A stretch of 64,000 nucleotides of DNA from Octopus vulgaris (lineage: Eukaryota). Of this stretch, positions 25,439-40,605 are shown in pieces. The position numbers and the translations under genes were made by a program. Below the pieces are notes generated by a model that was not told where the DNA came from, ran no database searches, and saw nothing but the letters and a program-made list of their open reading frames with translations. Each line of letters begins with the position of its first letter. Position 1 is the first letter of the stretch. The DNA lies in assembly GCA_951406725.2 (NCBI GenBank), contig OX597835.1:46314001-46378000 (forward strand). Reading direction: 5' to 3'.

Positions 25439-26117
25439 TCGAACAACCACTATAGACTCTCTTCCTCCATCGACTTCGCCCTTGTGCCTCTCTCTTGCCA
25501 ATCAACAACTGAAACTTCTGTCTGTATCAGAACAATTCTGAGGCAGTCCTCATATATAGGCGAATACATGAGATATATTAAATACTTATTTCTACAATAG
25601 AGTGGACAGAAATAATGTGAAATAAAGTGTCTTGCTCAAGCACACACCACACAGCCCGGTCCAGGAATAGAACTCTCAACCTCACTGTTATAAGCTTGAC
25701 ACTCCATCCACAGAGTTACATATACACACACATACATTCTCGCAGCTTTCCTGTACTCCCGATGTTGAACATGTTTCACTTCGTATCCAAGAACAGTTTC
25801 TCCATGAAGAAGATAAATGTAAACAACACTCGTGTTCCAAGGGAGGCAGACAGACAGCAAGATTCATTATTTCGGCGTGATTGTTGTCTCTTTAGAAGCC
25901 ATAGTAATATCATAGTGTATGTAGGTTAATTTGTAGCTTCAATTTAAATTCAATCATATTTGGTTCAGCTGTACTTCTGTTGCGATCATACATTGATGTA
26001 AACCTGACTCTTTCAACTTCAATATGCCTCTCTTGTAATCGGTTTGCACAAATAAATAGATTAATGTTATAACTGCGAGGATTTATTCTCACAATTTCTG
26101 TTCATATGTGTGCGTGT

Positions 26118-26163
<46 letters not shown>

Positions 26164-26243
26164 GTGTGTGTTTATGTCTGTAGGAATGAGTTTGTGTGTG
26201 TGAATCATTGCAAATGATCTAAATAAATTGAGTGGAAACGTCA

Positions 26244-26290
<47 letters not shown>

Positions 26291-28088
26291 TACACAGAAT
26301 TTGCACAAATCATTAAGTGATTTGCAATGAATCAAATTAACGCAGCTTTAAGCTAAAAGAGCACAAATATTAGCCTCTCGGCAGACTAATTTTCCTTCTG
26401 TTCCTAATTATATATTTGCTATCTCATAACAACTGTCCTGTGTACAAGAATAGGTGTGTAAATGAATTTATGTTAGTGTTTGTGTTGGTGTGTGTATGGA
26501 TAAACAGCATTATGTATATTAGTATGTATAAATATTAGTTCGTAAACTATGCTGGCATTTATGAACGGAAGAATTATATGTGTATCCACATATGTACGGA
26601 TGCATGCATCTGTGTGCGTATGTGTGTGTCTGTGTGAGTTTGTGTGTGCGCGTGCCTTAATGTATATATATATATATGAATGAATGTACGTATTATATAT
26701 ATGTGTGCGTGTGTGTATGTTTGTGTGAGTGTATGTATATATTTATGTATGTATGAACTCTCAGTCATATGCATATTTATCCACAAATCTTGTAAACAAG
26801 ATTGATAGTTTTATAATTACATATATCTGCATGCTTTCAACCTCGAGAGAAGGTAGGTTCCTTATAAGATACTGTGACCTTCTAGGAAAAGCAGGATGGT
26901 AACCTTCAAATTATAACTATAAATGGTAGCGACGCTTAGGATAATAATAGTTCAGTGGCCGGAATAAAACTGCTGTGAGATCACGTTTGGAAGAACATTC
27001 ACCGTTCTTCTATTTGATCAAATATATGCTGAAACCAGAAAAGAAATTTGCTTTTGCTCCTTTGCTTGTTTTCTATCATTGGCCTGGAGCAAAGCTGAGG
27101 TAAGCGCCTATAACTATGCATTAGAATGTAACTACCTTGTTTCGGGAAAATCGTGACTCCAAATGAACCAGGGTTGGTCGGTGTCGGCAAAAGTTAATTC
27201 CTGTTCCTAGAAAATAAATAGCGAAACTTTCCAGTTGAAATATATCCCAAAAATTCACATCGGATCCCTTATCCAAAATTTGCCCTTCTATAAGGTTTAG
27301 TACACAAAAAACCTTTTTCCTTAGATATGCGCTACTGAAATCGGGTTTTGTCTAAAACTCCTTCTTATATCCGTACGTATGTTATGCCATCAAATGCGGT
27401 AATCAAATGAAAAAAAAGGCATCACAGAGGTGATGTATACCCTGTGTGCAGATAGATTTTCTCGAATATTATAGTGTCTATCTCAATGAGTTGCTTACCC
27501 ACAACTTTTAATTGAACTGAATTAAGCTTTGTTAGTGTTTGACTAAAAGAGGGTGAGAAGCCTAATTAGATGACAGTTAAAAGTAGATTTGATCGATGTC
27601 TACGCCAAACGCCTATAGGTAAAATTTGCATTCGACTAAATTAATGATTATTCAAATAATAATCATGATAATGAAAAAGAACGTGAACAAAATTAAGTAC
27701 TTATAGAAAATATAGCATAGAATTTGAGAAGTGGCTTCAACGTCTTTCAGTGATTCAAACGTACTGTAGTTCGTTGTAGGATATACATAATATGACCACT
27801 TGCTCATTGGAAATTTGTATGTTATTTACTTTTCTTAAATATCACGATTGTCGGTATTTATACTCCGGTGAAATTAAGTAATCAATTCATAAATAAACGA
27901 AAGCCCCGAAACCATCACACACACAGACACACACACACACACACAGATTCTCATATCGATGTATGTATGTACCCACACGTGTCTACGTGCTTAGCTACAC
28001 CATGATCTATACACACGCAGAGAAAGGTCGAATCCAATTATTTATATATATAAATATGTATATATGTATGTATGTATATGTATGTATG

Positions 28089-28152
<64 letters not shown>

Positions 28153-28279
28153 GTAATGTTCCGTGATTGTACTATCTACAAAAAAATGTACTCCATCAGG
28201 CGAAAGATAAATAGTATTTAATAGACATAATACATATTTCTATGTGCTAGTAATAGATTATTTTGCGGAGGACAGGCCA

Positions 28280-28801
28280 AAATGATGCATACCCGGCGTG
28301 CACATAAATTCTTTCGCAAAAAAATCTGCATAGTCAAAACATTTTGAGTCGCCCATCCGCCAGTTTTGAAGATAATGAAACCAAATTTTCACCATTTTGA
28401 GCTACTCACCCAGTGAATATTTCTGCCTAATTTGGTAAAAATCCGTTTTGCTGTTTTCCAATTTTGCCGTTTGCCAGTAATTTTGCAGACTCTCAGACAA
28501 ACAAAGACGAGTGGTTACAATACCCTCCTTTCGCTTCCGAGTGCAGAGTAAAAGCTTATAAATGAAAAAAAAAAAGTCATCGGAGGAGCGATGCTTACTC
28601 TGCGCGCACATAAGGATAAAATAAAATTTGATTCAATAAATGTATTCTCAGACAAATTCACATTTCAACAATGAGTATTTCTTCCAAATTTGATGAAAAT
28701 CCGTTTTGCCGTTTTCCAATTTTTGCCGTTTTTAGTAATTTTGCAAATATACAAAGACGAGTGATTACAATAACCTGTTTTCGCTTACGTGGACAGGGCA
28801 A

Positions 28802-28805
<4 letters not shown>
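28280..28805 (+). mobile_element. Two tandem copies of a Helentron/DINE-like non-autonomous element end
   Basis: AAATCCGTTTTGC.GTTTTCCAATTTT...ACAAAGACGAGTG.TTACAATA.CC..TTTCGCTT repeated at ~28410-28555 and ~28670-28803, each ending in a weak stem-loop. Confidence 0.5.
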
Positions 28806-28840
<35 letters not shown>

Positions 28841-28847
28841 ATGAATA

Positions 28848-28903
<56 letters not shown>

Positions 28904-29619
28904 AATTGCAGAGAACTGATTTGCGGAGAGAAGTGAAACTTCCTCCAATCTCAAAATTGCGTCTGGTTCGATATTACTTATTTGACAAAACTCGGTTAAA
29001 TGAAAGGTAACCAAACCCAGCAAAAAAAAAAATCAGGTAAATTCTGCGCCGTATTGAAACTTAAGAACATATGCGATAGTCAAATTATTTTCTGATACCC
29101 AGCATGTTCCATCACGATACATACTTTTCTCGGGTGGACTTAATTTCTCGGACAGTTTAACACCCGCATCAGTCCCTTGGGTTTCTTTAAATGAACACAT
29201 TGCTTCTGGTATTCGGGCTTGATCTATGTTCTGACAATAATTAGGTATATCCATTTGTTTATACTTACTGCAGCAACTAACAGTCTATACATACTGCGCA
29301 ACTAACAGTAATAGTTTACTTCTAATACCGGGAAACATAAAGACACCGCCTTTCCTCTTGTGACTAATACGCAAACGAAACCACCTCTACTCGTATCTGG
29401 CTTGTAATTATTCACTTATAACTGTTTCAGAGAAACCTAATTAATATCACGAAAAACATATACTGACCTTGGTCAACAGAAGAACTATTGTTCATTCATA
29501 AATATAGCAGTGTCAGCCATTGGACTACGGCCATGTTTTGGAACTAGTTTCAAAGAGATTTTTTTTACTCAAAATAACTCTGGTATATATTTCACTTGAA
29601 ACCTTTTGATATAAAAGAA

Positions 29620-31060
29620 TGCATCAGCTTATACCAGTATCATTTTCTGCGAGGGTTTTCTGGCCTCATGAGACAGATGCTGTTAATTTTGTTGGGACAT
29701 TTGATTGACATCATGATTGACATGTGCTACCCACTCATGCTGTCGGATGAAATCTTTTGAGGTCGCGCTTCGTAGAATCTGTTCAGTTATGGTGTGGGAT
29801 ACTTTCGTTTCAGTCCAGTGTAGAAGTAGACGTTTTTGGAGTGGAGGCGAGTGGGCTGATGATACTCAGTAGGAAATGTGTGAGGACAAAACCGAGCCCT
29901 GTTGTACATTAAAAGCCACTGAGTGTGGTGGAAAAGCAGAGACAGCTTTATCAACTCTCAATATGAGAGTGCGATCCAAGAAATAAGGGAGGGATGGAGC
30001 ACGCTTGCTCGGAAATTTGTGATATGATCATGGTTGAAAGATATGCTTATGTTAAAAGTGACAGCATTACTTTCACCAAATTTCTCCATGTACGAGGAGG
30101 CACCCAAAAGTGACAGGAAACGTTCTTAGTAGGATAACCCCATTGTAGTTCGGGCTTTCGCTGCTAGAATCCACTTGATACGACCTCCTGGCATCAGTCT
30201 GCCGACTGACGTTGTCGAATTATGTCATACTGCCACGTGGTGTGTCTTTGTTTTGCAGCGTTTCTCCCCTGTTCGTCGATTTTTGCGATGACTGAAACAA
30301 AGGAAAGCGTGCGTTCGTGAAATTCTGTTTTTTGCTGGAGAAAATGGTGGCTGAATCAGTTGTCATGCTTCAAGCAGCTTAAAAAGATACTGCCATGAGC
30401 AAAACACAAGCTTACGAGTGGCTTCCACGCTTTAGGAATGGTCACTTGTCGCTTGAGCATCAACGTCATTCAGGGTAACCGTCGAACACCCGAACGAATG
30501 AAAACATCCTAAAAATTCATGAACTGATCTTGGAGGATCGTCATCAAGTAATTGACGAACTTGTTGCAATGACTGGTGTGTCCTGGAGCTCCGAATGAAA
30601 AGAGTTGCAGAAAAGTTTGTAACTCGCTCACAGAAGATCAAAAGCGTGACGTGAATTGAAGGACATTTGGAAGTTGGTCCGGACCTTTTTGTAGAAGTCA
30701 TCACTGGTGACAAAAGCTGGGGCTACGGAATTTGCAGATGTGGAAGAGGTGATGAAGAAGTGACGGAGGCGTTAAAAGGTATCACTTCGAATACTGGGAA
30801 AGGCGCCAGCACCAAAAGCATTGCTTCAAATGGAGAATGCTTTGAAGGTGATAAACATGTAAAATGATATTGCAAAATGCCAGTTTCTTTGGGGTACCAC
30901 CTCGTACTCTATCGTATCGTACTTGATCACCAGTTGTTATGGCTTCACAACATTCTTCTAGGCAGTGGTCATTAAAGAAAGAAAGACACTCAAGTTGGTG
31001 GACTAGCTTCTTGATGATTTTCACGTCCCACAAATGTGCCATATGTAACCCGTCCAGTGA
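29620..31060 (-). mobile_element. Highly degenerate LINE RT remnant, split by a mariner
   Basis: Minus strand ...FFNDH...TGD | mariner | MEKFGESNAV...LHPSLISWI...VQQGSVLS. Confidence 0.5.
30093..30904 (+). mobile_element. Internally deleted mariner with TA duplication
   Basis: TA|CGAGGAGGCACCCAAAAG ... CTTTGGGGTACCACCTCG|TA; remnants SKTQAYEW..RFRNG, ITGDKSW, NGECFEGD. Confidence 0.88.
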
Positions 31061-31962
31061 TATCGAACCAGGAATCACGTTGTAGCGAAGTGAATGCTTT
31101 GGTCATGCGAGTGTAAATGCACCATTACTGGTAACAATTTAGAGAAGAAAAAAAAATGAAGTAGGAATCTTGTTATCGAATTTCTTAGCTAAAGCACTAT
31201 ACGTGCACCATTTTTGTAGAATATTAAATACACAAAGGAATCTCTCTTTTTTTTTTTTTTTTTTGAAATAATGCAGATCTCTGATCGCAGATATAATGGA
31301 TCCCTAAAACAGAAAAACTAGTCATTATCTTGAAGTATCCCTAGGAAATACAATAAAGGAAGATTTGTTCTTTTCTTCTTTTTCGTCTTTTTCCGAGGAA
31401 AATAAACTCCCCCAATTTGATCGTTAATTTAGTTAGGAAAAGACAAAGAAACGAAGCTATTTATGGAAACAAAGATAAGGTGTTGGAGGCAAATCTATTT
31501 GATTATTGCGACGGTAGAAGGGGGCGGAGCCAGAGGGGCAGTAAGAGAAGGAGATAGTGTTGATGAAATCAGCATCAAATCTGACTTCAATAGCATTGTT
31601 CTTTCTATCTCTCTCTTTCTCTGACTTACCTTTCTTTTTTATCCTTCTCCGTTCTTTCAATGTTTCGTTTTGTCTTGTTTTTATTCCGTTATCCGCCATC
31701 TTTCGAATCTCACCCTTGGGCGAGGTCTTGTACGGTAAATGTAAATAAACAACCCAACAAAATTGTATAGAACGAAATCAAGGAGATAAGGAATTCTCAA
31801 AAATAAAAAAAAATGAACACACATATACACATACAAGAAAACATGTATATATCCATGTCTCATCTCTCGCCTGCTTCTCTCTATCTACCTTTCTCTCTAC
31901 CTCTCTATTTCTCCTTCTCCCACATACTCTCTCTCTCTTTCTCTTATTTGTGTGTGTGTGTA

Positions 31963-32002
<40 letters not shown>

Positions 32003-32143
32003 TGTGTGTTTGTGTGGGTGTGTTGTTACACCATTAGAATTTATAAACTTTTGGCAGAGGGAAATAATTCTTTTTCGAAACAGCGGATCTCGAAGCACGC
32101 ATAAAGCTATAAATATCGGGTTTCAATCCAAAAGGATAGAACT

Positions 32144-32216
<73 letters not shown>

Positions 32217-32987
32217 GGCTGGCGGGATGGATGGATATAAATGCCTGTTGATTCACCTGAAGTGCTAAATTAAATGACTCAATACAAATGTGGAGTATTT
32301 TTATTAAATTATAACCGGAAGTCTCTCTTTTGCAGGACCCAGAGTTATTCGTTACCGATCGTCAATCGGTAAACCGAGCCAGATATACATTTGTGAAAAC
32401 TGAGATGAAAATTTGAACAAAATTCTTATCATAACGTTCTTTCCGTTAAGAAACCTTTGAGAAAGTCACGTGCAAAAGCATCTTCTTCAAACTCACGTAT
32501 TTAATTTCATTTCTGTTTCTCTTGCTAGTATTATAAACATCGGAAACTTTATATGAGCGAAGTTCATGAAACTGCATTGTGTCGGTTTGTTTTAAAATAA
32601 TGTTTTTAAGTAATGCTTTTAATCAATGTTTTTAAAAAAACAATGTGTACGTGCAGATGTCTACACACACACACACACACAATTTAATATGCATGCATAT
32701 ACACGTATGCATCGTTACACATTCGCACATATACACACTCGCACTGAGACGTATTAAAACATATCAATAAAGCAACCATTTTGAAACCAGCGGTTTTTGT
32801 TTTGTTTTTCTGAAAGAGAAAGAAATTTCCCCGAAAATAGAAAATGGGGAAATTCATATATGAAAGAGAACTCTGGGAAACATTCAAGTGTAGGGAGGAT
32901 GGCAATTCAACATCAGAAACCATTAAAGTTCTATGAAATACAATAAAAATGAGAATTTAAAAGGAAATGCCAATGATCGGACAAGGC

Positions 32988-33380
32988 TTCAAGGAGGACA
33001 ACCGGTAGAATCGTTACTGAGCCAGGCAAAATACTCAGCGGCATTTCGTCCTATTTTCGTTCTGAGTTCAAATTCCACCGAGGAAGACTTTGCCTTTCGT
33101 CCTTTCGAAATCGTTAAAGTACCAGTTAAAACACTGGTGTCGACTTACCCGTTCTCTCCAAATTGCTGACCTTATGCGGAAGCTTGAAACCAATATTCGT
33201 ACAAAACTTCAAGGCGGCAAGCCGGTTGAATTTCGCCCGACTAGCAGCATTTCGTCCGACTATAAGTTCTGAATTCAAATACCGCAGGGGTCGCCTTTGT
33301 CTTTCATCGTTTTGGGTGGTTAGAATAAGTACCAGTTCAGCACTGAGATCGTCTGAGCACCTACTCTCTGTGACAAAAAT
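32988..33380 (+). mobile_element. Tandem dimer of degenerate SINE family C
   Basis: CTTCAAGG.GG.AA.CCGGT.GAA...GCATTTCGTCC...TTCTGA.TTCAAAT..C...TACCAGTT occurs twice. Confidence 0.7.
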
Positions 33381-34403
33381 TTCCGAATAATATTCGGCAA
33401 GATTGAGAGAATTAGTTGAGGATATAAAAGAAAAATAAAAATAAAACAGAGAACCTAGACTGAAGAGTCCAGGAGTAAAATTAGTAGTTTTTTATTGCAG
33501 CAGAAAGTACTTCGATGATACTTTATGACATGTTATTGTAGGGGAAATGGTACACCCCCTCCCACGGGATATGTGGGATGAACCAGCCACTATAAAGTGA
33601 GATGACGTCAACCAGTAGAGATAGTCCGTGTCAGTTGTTGTAGAGTTGTTGTACGAGTTCTCAGTTGGAGTTGCGTCAGTTTAGTGTTATAGTCAAGTTC
33701 GAATCACAGTCAAGGTAGACGGTTCAAATTTCGGTGTCTTGCAGAGGTACCATTTCCGGTATAGAAGAAATACACTGCACCCGATACCAAGAAAATATCG
33801 TGGCTACTGGAGCAGATACAACTGCAGCAGTCACAACATTGGGCGTATATTATCACTGTGGAAAACACCACATCATAACACACGTCGACACCAGTATTTC
33901 ACGGGAAATTTATTTTATAAGTTCCTGAAAAGAGGGAAGGCAAAGTTGGCCTCGGTTGAATTTGAACTCAAAAAGAATAGCTCCGTAACTAAAATGCTGT
34001 CAACGACAGTATAGTAGCGGTTCTACTCGTATTGAAAGATCAATCCAAGACACTGATAATGAAAACAACAACGACGACGATGACGACAACGACAACAACA
34101 ATAACAACAGCAACAACGACAACAACACTTAGAGTAGAAGATTAAAGAAGGAAATCCGTATGATGGGAATAGAGGAAAGACGAGTGTGCAAAGGAAGATG
34201 AAATATTCCGAATCAAAGCTGAATAGAAGTAAGCAGACTCTTTTCTTATCATTTCTCTCTCTCTCTCCCTCTATCCCCTCTCTTCTATGTCCTTTCAAAT
34301 CTGTGTTTATACATAAATACTTGTATGTGTGGGGGAGGTGCTCGTGAGTATATATATATATATGTGTGTGTGTGTATGTGTGTGTGTATAGATTGATAGA
34401 TAG

Positions 34404-34494
<91 letters not shown>

Positions 34495-34595
34495 TATATT
34501 GATATACGTTTAAATCTGCATATATATTTATATATATGTGTGTGTATGTATGTGTACATACATATATATACACATACATACACACACACACACAC

Positions 34596-34659
<64 letters not shown>

Positions 34660-34689
34660 GTGTGTGTGTGTGTACGTAGACCTCATTCT

Positions 34690-34980
34690 CATCGTATTTT
34701 GTTTATTCATAGAATGCATAATATTTTATTTTTATTTTCGCTCTTCCTTCTTCTTCTTCTTCTTCTTCTTCTTCCCTCTTCTTCAAACGCTATAAAGATT
34801 ACGATAAGCCGTGTCTGTGTTATCCACAAGTGAGAATTCTTGATGACATGCTCCAGCAACCTTTTGCCAGCAGACATTTCTCTGGTCAACATTAGTGCCG
34901 TCCAAGAATGGCGATAGCAACTCAGGGCTGCGGAAAGCCGATAGGAGTCATCATCTACAACTCAATTTATTTCCAATAAT
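34690..34980 (-). other. Candidate terminal exon (speculative)
   Basis: Acceptor tttcctgtacatttctctatcccagcag at 35010-34981; non-repetitive sequence; AATAAA on minus at 34707-34702. Confidence 0.25.
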
Positions 34981-35034
34981 CTGCTGGGATAGAGAAATGT
35001 ACAGGAAATACATACTTATATCAATCACACATAC

Positions 35035-35102
<68 letters not shown>

Positions 35103-35173
35103 ATATGACCGCATCCATGTCACTATACGCATGTATACATGTTGTGAGAGTGATATGCACAATACACACATAC

Positions 35174-35236
<63 letters not shown>

Positions 35237-35331
35237 ACGTATGTATGTATATATTTGTATAAATGTATATCGGTATATACATATATATGTATGCGTCTAT
35301 GTACATATATGTGTATATATATATATACATG

Positions 35332-35391
<60 letters not shown>

Positions 35392-36291
35392 TATATGTGT
35401 GTGTGTATGTATCATTGAATATGTATATGTGTGCGCATAATCACTCGTAGGAACGAATCATGTGTGATTGGTATTGATGGTACCGTTGACAATAGCCGGC
35501 ATGAAGTACAAGAATGAAAACAAGGAAGAAGGAGAGCAAGAAGAAGTAAAAGAAGAAAGTGTAAACGGAGGAGGAGGAAAAGGAAGAGAAGCGAAAGATG
35601 TGAGAGGGAGGGAGGGAGGGAGGGTTGGAGTGATGGTACGGTCAAGAAGAAGAGAAGAACGATGTGGAGGCTGAGGGGAGGAGGAGGAGGAGATAGCGAT
35701 TGAACCTTAGAACCGAAGAAAAAGAAACAGAGGAAGGATGACCATGCGAAAATCAATAACTCGAAAGGGCGGTGGTGGGGGGGGGGGGGGGTAAAGGAGG
35801 ATTATAAGTGAAAGAAATGTAACAAGTAAATTCTTTAGAATGGTAAGAGGTGAGGTGTGAGGAAAGGAGTGGAACGGAGACAGGAGCCAAAAAGCAAGGA
35901 GTCGACTTTGATGATGAAAGAATATTTTCGGAATGAATGATAAGACAAAAACTACGAAAGTAATACAAAGAATTCTACAGAACTTTCAAAGATTTACATA
36001 TGCATGTATCTATGTGTGTGTGTGTGTGTGTGAGTGTGTGTGTGTGTGTGTGTGAGTGTGTGTGTGCGCGCGCTTGTATTTTTACATATAATATATATAT
36101 ATATATATATCTGTATATATCTGTGCATGTGTATGCACACACGTACGCGCACACACACATACACACACATAGATACACACACTTACATGTATGCACACAC
36201 ACACTCTCACGCACGCACACACACACACACACACTCACGCACGCACACACACACACACTCACGCACGCACACACACACATTAACGCGCGCG

Positions 36292-36324
<33 letters not shown>

Positions 36325-36359
36325 GCGAGACCGAGGAAGAGATAGAGAGAAATACGTAT

Positions 36360-36406
<47 letters not shown>

Positions 36407-36543
36407 AACAAAGTTTTGGAAAAAAATTGGTAGATAAAAAGAAACTTGGAATTTTGAAAGAAAGACAGAAAAAAGAAGAAAGAACGGCAAAATCTGAAAA
36501 GTAGGTGTAATTAAAAGAAGGGAAAGGTATCATCTGCAAGCTG

Positions 36544-36582
<39 letters not shown>

Positions 36583-36855
36583 GTGAGAGAGAGAGAAAAG
36601 GACAGAGTGAGAGAGAGAGGGGAGAAAGAGAGAAAAGGACAAAGTGAGAGAGAGAGAGAGAGAGGAGGAGAGGGAGGAAAAGTATAAAGAGGGGTGGAGA
36701 GACGTCGACAACAGATTGGATTAAAAACGGTCTGATTTATGGTGTAGGATATGTTGGAATAACAGGGGAAACAACATCAAAGGAATTTAGTTACTTGTCT
36801 TTTAGATATTAAAAGACATTTTACTTAGAAGAGAGAAGTGTCTCCCTTGAGAGCG

Positions 36856-36948
<93 letters not shown>

Positions 36949-37235
36949 TATACATAATATATATATGTATATGTATATTTATATATATATATATATAATA
37001 TATATATATATATATACACTCATATATATATGCATCTATATATATACATTTATATATATATATTTATATATTTATATTTATATATACATAAAATACTTAT
37101 ATTTTTAGGGATATATATATATATATACATGTAAATATACAAGTGTATACACACACACCATATATATATATATTTATATATATATTTATATGCAGGTACC
37201 TATACATATGTATTTATATATACACTTGTATATAC

Positions 37236-37321
<86 letters not shown>

Positions 37322-37629
37322 ATGTGTATGTACACACAAACACAGAGAAAGAGTGAGAGAGAGAGAGAGAAGGAGTGAGAGTGGTAGAGAGGGAAAGACA
37401 GGAGTAGAGAGAGAGAAGAAGATAAATGTAAAGTGTGCGTGTGGGAAGAGGTTTTCAGGAGTTGGATATTTTTACATATAAAAATCTTTAGAGTGTAATC
37501 GAAACTATTCTGGTTTACGTCGTTTATGTAATTCTGTGTCATTCAACGTTGTCGTGTTTTACTTACTCATTCATTCATTGTTGTTTTGGTATAAAACTAA
37601 CTGTTTACGAGTAAGTGTATGTATGTATG

Positions 37630-37660
<31 letters not shown>

Positions 37661-37802
37661 ATAGATATATGCCCCTGTATGTGTTATTCTGAGTGTATCC
37701 ATGTCTGTCCGTACCTTTGTGTGAGCATGTGTGTATGTGCGTATGTATGTATGTATGTATGTATATGTATACAAATATATATATATACATATATATATAT
37801 AC

Positions 37803-37846
<44 letters not shown>

Positions 37847-37999
37847 GGATTAAACACATAAATGTGAAACAAGGTGGAAAAAAGAGTACTCAAATACCAG
37901 TGGTAGAGTAATATGCTTTATTTAAAGCAGCAGAAAATTCAAGAAAACCTGTTACTCTGAGTAACAGGTTTTGTTGAATTTTCTGCTGCTTTGAATAAA

Positions 38000-38066
<67 letters not shown>

Positions 38067-38212
38067 TATGAATACGTATATATATATATGCACATAGACA
38101 CACGTATGGTTTAGGCCCATATGCACATGTCTATTTATAATATATGTACAATTACACACCTATATATACATGTGAGTGTCTACATATATACATACATAAA
38201 TATCTGTGTTTG

Positions 38213-38255
<43 letters not shown>

Positions 38256-38306
38256 ATGTGTGTGTATGTATTTATATATATATATATACACATAAATATC
38301 TGTGTT

Positions 38307-38357
<51 letters not shown>

Positions 38358-38562
38358 ATGTGTGTGTATGTATTTATATATATATATATATATATATATA
38401 CATAAATATATAAAGAAAGATAGAAATGTAGAGAGAGCGTGAGGCAGACAGTGAGTGATAATGATGCAAAGAAACAAAAAACATGCATGGTTTTGATACT
38501 CAAAATATACATATATATTAATAGTTATTTGCTTTGCAAACAACTTGCAAATGCAAGTGCTA

Positions 38563-39545
38563 CCAGTCTAGAACTCCGCATACCAGAAGCCAACAAGTGT
38601 ATGGCGTTATCAAGAGAGAATGCACGCCGTTTCGGGGCTACCTCTCGACGGCATTAATGAGTACTGGCCCCCACCCATTCATATGAGGCCCCGCTTGCTA
38701 TATCAACTGATTATCAAAGGATTAGGGAAAATTACACCTTGGAAATTTCCAATGATTAGGGTACTTCCTGGAAAGTTCCGAAGATTAGTGTTCTTTCTTG
38801 ATAGTTCCGAGGATTAGCCATCAAAACTTTCCGAGGCTGGCATTCAAAACTTCTTAACGACGGACTGCAAAGTACTGGCGGTTTAACGGCTAGCGCAAAA
38901 TTTTGAACTTAATGTAAAAGAAAAGTTTTGAAGTGATTCTTTGTCATGGCAGTAGACTCATAGCAGGCATTCAAAACTTCATGACGGACGGCAACACATT
39001 GACGATTTAAAGGCTGTCACAAATTTTTTAGCTTGATGTAACAGAGCATTCCTAAACACCCCATCCTGTAAATTTTAATCCCCTTCCAGCCCCATTTAGA
39101 CCCCTTTTCACATAAAAATTCAATTTCTATCAATGTAATAATTCACCGTTATAAAAGATCTGTGGCGGGAATATTTAAACTTTTGCGGCTGTCATCGCTT
39201 ACTCTCTATTGATACAGACAGACGTACCGTCAGATAGATGGTGGGAGAAATAGTGACAGAGAGACGGGGAAGCCGTCAAACGTCGTTATAGAAAAAAAGT
39301 GCAAAGAAGGAAGGAAAGAGAGAGATGGAGGAAGACAGGCTGATATGCTAATGTGAGAAACAACAAACACTTGTCAAAGTGTGGGTTTTGTTCGCCTAGT
39401 AATCACAGCTTTTGAGATAGGGGTGTCTAAAGTGGTCCACACACTTCCTCGCCTTTTTTTACATGTCCTTGTAGATTTTAGAGCCAATCCGACCCCATCT
39501 AGTGCCCCTTAACTCGTTCCAATCCGAACACTTTTCGCATTTCAG

Positions 39546-39550
<5 letters not shown>
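38563..39550 (-). mobile_element. Putative non-autonomous Helitron
   Basis: 5' TATATATAAAGCTGAAATGCG homologous to 52392+; possible 3' CTGG|T; internal direct repeats GGCATTCAAAACTTC. Confidence 0.5.
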
Positions 39551-39591
<41 letters not shown>

Positions 39592-39770
39592 ATATATAAC
39601 ATGTGTATATACATACATACGTATATATGCATATATATACGTATATATATATATATACGCACACATACATATATATGCACACATATATGTATAAATATCT
39701 ACATATATACACATATACACAAATACATGCCTACATATATATATATCTGTGTGTGTGCATGTATGCCTAC

Positions 39771-39801
<31 letters not shown>

Positions 39802-39849
39802 ACCATGTATGTATGTATTTATGTATGTGTTTTCCTCTATGTGTATGCA

Positions 39850-39907
<58 letters not shown>

Positions 39908-40350
39908 GACTGCGATTTAATGTTGCCATAAATCTTGACAGGGATAATATCTCAATACCAATCTAGAACGATCACAGAGATACACGAATAATTTATAAAA
40001 AAAAAGGTCATCCATCAAAAACACAAAATATATGAAGTCACTATGAAATGTACTGGAACGTAGTGGCATGAAACATTTCAAGGCCTGTATTTAATGGTTT
40101 TTAGAAGGCATAAAAATGATACTAAAGTTCCTTTCCAACTTACTGCATACGCCAAACACTATAAACAGTGTTTTACTATGAAAATGAGATGCTGAGGCTG
40201 ATGGATTTAAGTACACTAAGGTTACCAACTAAATATAAAAGGACTAAGAAAGACACAATACTTAATCATTGCGGTGTTGATTCATGTGTGTGTGTGTGTA
40301 CATATATATCTTTACGCGTGAGTAGGTGTGTACATATGAATATATATATG

Positions 40351-40399
<49 letters not shown>

Positions 40400-40522
40400 T
40401 TATGTATGTATGTATGTATATATATATATACATATATATATATGTATGTATATTTATATATATATAAATATATATACATACATATATATATGTATGTATA
40501 TATATATATATATGTATGTATG

Positions 40523-40557
<35 letters not shown>

Positions 40558-40563
40558 CGTATA

Positions 40564-40605
<42 letters not shown>

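Noticed and set aside
31515-32475. GC box (GGGGCGGAGC), ETS site (ACCGGAAGT) and E-box as a promoter
   Set aside because: Short motifs expected by chance, with no linked exon or CpG-rich context
33531-33880. Possible solo LTR (TG...CA, TATAAA, GTT-rich middle)
   Set aside because: No convincing TSD or second copy; boundaries are ambiguous
38190-38410. Local ~100-bp tandem duplication
   Set aside because: Ordinary slippage among compound microsatellites
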